A program made the position numbers and the translations under genes. Positions 60,270 through 64,000 of a stretch of DNA of 64,000 nt are shown here, piece after piece. A model generated the notes under the pieces. It was given only the letters and a program-made list of their open reading frames with translations. It did no database searches and was not told where the DNA came from. The stretch comes from Amphiscolops sp. MND2022 (lineage: Eukaryota), in assembly GCA_964187785.1 (NCBI GenBank), contig OZ076413.1, positions 49,292,001-49,356,000 of the forward strand, given 5' to 3'. Every line of letters starts with the position of its first letter. The first letter of the stretch is position 1.

Positions 60270-63200
60270 TGGAAGCACTAATACGATGGAGAACAGGACA
60301 CATCAGCACCGTCACAAGGACGGAAAACCAGCTGAAGACAATTCTGACTACAGCAGTCAGTCAATTGACGCTTCTCGAACTCACAACATTGAAAGTTGAG
60401 TTGAATAAGATGAAGATGCAGTACGAAAGATTTCTGATATCAGCAAACAGATCCAAGAGGAGCTTCAATCGGCTGAGGTAACTCCAGAACTATAGGAACA
60501 AGGAACCAACAAAGTCTCTGATGTCGAATTCAAGTTTGAAACAATCATCATCCATATTGAGACTGTAATTGCTCAATACGAATCAGGATCAAAAGCTGAA
60601 CATTAACCTCGAGACGACGCGAATACAGAACCTAATCGAGAATCATCTGGATTGAAACTCCCAAAAATAAATTTGCCCTGTTTTAATGGCAAATGTTCGG
60701 ATTGGACGCCACTTTTTGACTTCTTCGAAGTCACTATAGATGACAGTGCTGCTTTGAGTCCCATCCAAAAATTGCAGTACATGAAAGCGCCACTTGAAGA
60801 TGAGCCCGCCAAACTATTAGCTCACCTTCCTACGACAAGTGCTAACTATGAGGTTACTGTTCGATTTTTGAAGCAAAGATATGCCAATAAACGTATGATC
60901 AGCTTCGCGCACATGGACGCCATATTTGAGTTCAGGCCTATACAGCAAGAATCAGCGGAACAGCTACGAAAACTACTCAATGTTTTCCTTGAAAACGCAA
61001 TGGCTCTTGACTCAATGGGTGTGGAGACTTCAGACTCCATTTGGGTCTACACCATTGCGAAAAAGTTGGATCCAAGAAACACGGCGATATTGAGAGCTTT
61101 ACAGTTCTGGCGACGAGCTGCAGACCATGGAGCAAATGAAGACGTTTCTGGAAGAACGAACTCGTGCTCTTGAAGCAGCAGGACAGTCCAACAAACAACT
61201 ACAGACGCGAAAACGAACAAGATGTTCTAGTTTATCACAACAGTGGTAAGTCTAATATACCTGAATCTTGCCCTAAATGCTCCGAAAAGCATAGGAATTA
61301 CCAGTGTGAACAATTCAAAGCAGACACACAAATGATAGACGTGAATTTGTTAAAACAAAAAGTCTCTGTTTCAACTGTTTCGTTCCGGACATACTTCGAA
61401 GTTGTGTAAGTCTAAATCAAAATGCCAAACGTTCAAAAAAGTTCACCACACGCTGTTGCACATTCATACGGGAAACACAAGCGCCCTTTAAGTGACCAAT
61501 CATCAAACGGGCAAGTTTTTGCCCCCACTTAGGGCAAGTTTTTGCCCCCACAGTTCTTTCTACAATTGAAGTTCATGTCAAAACTCCATCGGGTATACTT
61601 GAAAAGTGCCGTGCTCTACGTGATATTGGCTCGGATTCTAGTTTCATAAGCGAGCATTGCGTTCAGAAATTGGCTTTGCCCCGTAGAAGGTCTAATATAA
61701 GTGTTACTGGCATTAGTGGAACTTCAACAGTTGTTGATCATGGGACATCCTATTTACAGCTAGTAGACATCATGTCAAGAGTGCATCAAGTTTCTGCATT
61801 CATTCTCCCAAAACCCCAAAACTCACTAATTTGTTACCTTCAAAGTCAATCAAAGTACCTGCAAATATTCAATCATATGAGATTGAAATTTCTGAACCAA
61901 ACTTTTACAAGTCGGGTAAAAGAGACATCATCCTCGAGATGGACATTTAAGACAAAATAGTTGGACATGATAAAAAGCAAATCACAGTAAACTTGTTTGC
62001 TCGCCAAACGGTTTTCGGATGGACAGTGTCAGGAACAGCGCCCTCTAAATACTCAGGTAATGCTGAGGCGTTTCGGGCATCGGTTGACTCATTTGACTTT
62101 CAACTCCAACAATTCTGGGAAGTTGAAGAATTGCCGCAACGTTCAATGTGGACAAGGGAAGAAAGTGACTGTAATGAACATTTCTGTGAAAATACGAGAA
62201 TAGAGAAAAACCATTTTGTTGTGAAGCTTCTTTTCCGGTCCTTAATGAAGCTAGGAGAATGTTTGAGTAAAGCAAAGTGAAGATTCAATCGTTTGAAAAT
62301 CGCTTGAATGCAAAACCAGACCTGAAAAAACGATACAAAGCATTCATTGATGAGTTCATCGACATGCTGCATATGGAGGTGGTTCCTGAGGCAACAGTAG
62401 AAGTACCTGATGATCAATGCTTCTTTTTACCACATCATTGTGTTTTCAAGGAGTATTCGACTACTACAAAAATGAGAGTAGTTTTTGACGGATCTGCAAA
62501 AACTTCTTGTGGTATTTCTCTAAATGATGCTCTCATGGCTGGTCCAACAATACAGAATGATTTGTTCTCCATTTTATTGAGGTTCAGAAAATACCCAATT
62601 GAAGTATCAGCCAATATCGAGAAAATGTACCGACAGGTACCATTGGATGAAACTCATCGAAACTTTCATCGGATCCTTTGGCGAGACGATGAAACTCAGA
62701 AACTTCAGACACTGCGCATGCCTCGTGTTACGTACGGAATCGCATCGTCTGCATTTCATTCTACACGATGCCTAGCTGACATTGCAGACAAAACATCTGA
62801 TGAAGAAAACAAGTATCCCATAAAGCATGGTTTCCATGTTGATGACTTTTTCGGAGGCAGTAATTCTACAGATGAAGCTAGAATTCTAATTCGAAAGCTT
62901 TGTGAACTACTTAATGAGTACGGTTTTCTGCTGCGAAAATGGGTGTCAAATAGTCTAAATTTGATTCGTGAAATCCCCGCAGAACTGAGAAAATCGGCTG
63001 ATGAAGTGCAGCTTTTCTCAAAAAATTATAAAGTGAAGGCACTGGGGATGTCTTGCAAACCAAACAAGGATATTTGCTTTTTCTCAACACATTTAGACAA
63101 TCATTAAAATGTTACAAAAAGAACGATGTTGTCCCTAGTTGCGAAATTAAATGACCCACATGGTTTCCTGTCACCAATATTAATCAAGTTCAAAAAATTT

Positions 63201-64000
63201 AATTCAACGAATTTGGGTACATGGCACGAAATGGGACGACAACGTGCATCCAAAAATTGCATCTGATTTCGAGTGTCAGTTCAATGAATTTCCAGAAATC
63301 CACACAATTCACTTGCCGCGACCGGTTGTCAAAAATCAACCTATCAATCTTCAGCTTCATATGTTCTTTGATGCGCCAAAAAAGCATACGCACCGGTTTT
63401 TTACGGTCGAGCAAAGGATAAGTTAGGATTTGTGACAGTACATCTCCTGACGTCAAAAACAAAAGTTGCACTTGTTATAGTTGTTTCATTGCGTCGTTTA
63501 GAGCTCTGTAGTGGACACTTAGGAGCTCAATTGCTGAAACTCACAAAATCACAATTTGACGTAGTCAATGCCCAGATGACTCTTCACGCTTGGACTGATT
63601 CAAAGATTGTTCTCCAATGGCTTGCACAGATTCCACGAACATGGAACACGTTCGTCGCTACTAGAGTGGCTCAAATTCAAGAAGTAGTAAAAAGAGACTG
63701 CTGGAACCACTGCTCAACAATCGATTATCCAGCCGATCTAGCTTCAAGAGGTGTTTCAGTCAAAACTCTCGTAAACTCCACGCAGTGGTGCCGAGGCCCA
63801 ATTTGGTTACGTCTGGAAACTGACTGTTGGCCGAAAATTCTTTTACCAAGCAGGGTAGAAACGTTGGAAAAAAGAAAGACATCGAAAAAGTGACTAGTAA
63901 GATTCATCATTTTATGTCACACGCAAGTCGGGTTACGTTCCCAGAAATTGATGATATACTCCAAATCATACGCTTTCGCAATCGCGATAAACTATTTCGG
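60270..64000 (+). pseudogene. Decayed BEL/Pao gag-pol, running off the window
   Basis: LKLPKINLPCFNG..W gag motif, Cys/His knuckles, DIGSDSSFIS protease, FLPHHCVFKE.STTTKMRVVFD, FHVDD, HMFFDA, RLELC, PADLASRG. Many frameshifts. Confidence 0.93.

Noticed and set aside
61509..61549. Repeated gggcaagtttttgccccca hairpin in the BEL element as a regulatory signal
   Set aside because: Most simply a short local duplication in a heavily decayed copy.

Overview
Animal-type eukaryotic genomic DNA that is almost entirely transposable elements. The elements appear to sit in the introns of a + strand host gene encoding a probably secreted, Cys-rich repeat protein. Its parts are a signal-peptide exon at 3412 (link to the rest inferred), a 48-nt micro-exon, and four paralogous phase-1/1 six-cysteine module exons at about 34.6, 35.0, 58.8 and 59.7 kb. 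Elements, left to right: a decayed Ty1/copia 3' end; MITEs; a TA-flanked CCACCGGTGG foldback element; a 17.7-kb minus-strand Ty3/gypsy element (element C, 7249-24966); DINE-1/HINE-like elements, one hosting a 5.1-kb non-coding LTR element (element A); a 4 x 806-bp tandem array; a very young 19.5-kb minus-strand Ty3/gypsy element (element B, 38189-57700); and a decayed BEL/Pao element running off the right edge. Element C has 2.5-kb LTRs, an ATACA TSD and a Gag that starts inside the LTR. Between pol and the 3' LTR it carries an antisense, intron-containing hAT-transposase-like gene and a divergent accessory ORF. Element B has tandem TARG1-like macrodomains after integrase, a ~1500-codon SGNH-fold accessory ORF, a PBS set 16 nt from the LTR and an apparent 3-bp TSD. 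The two cargo-carrying gypsy elements are the best candidates for an undescribed system. All domain calls are by-eye motif recognition, not database searches.
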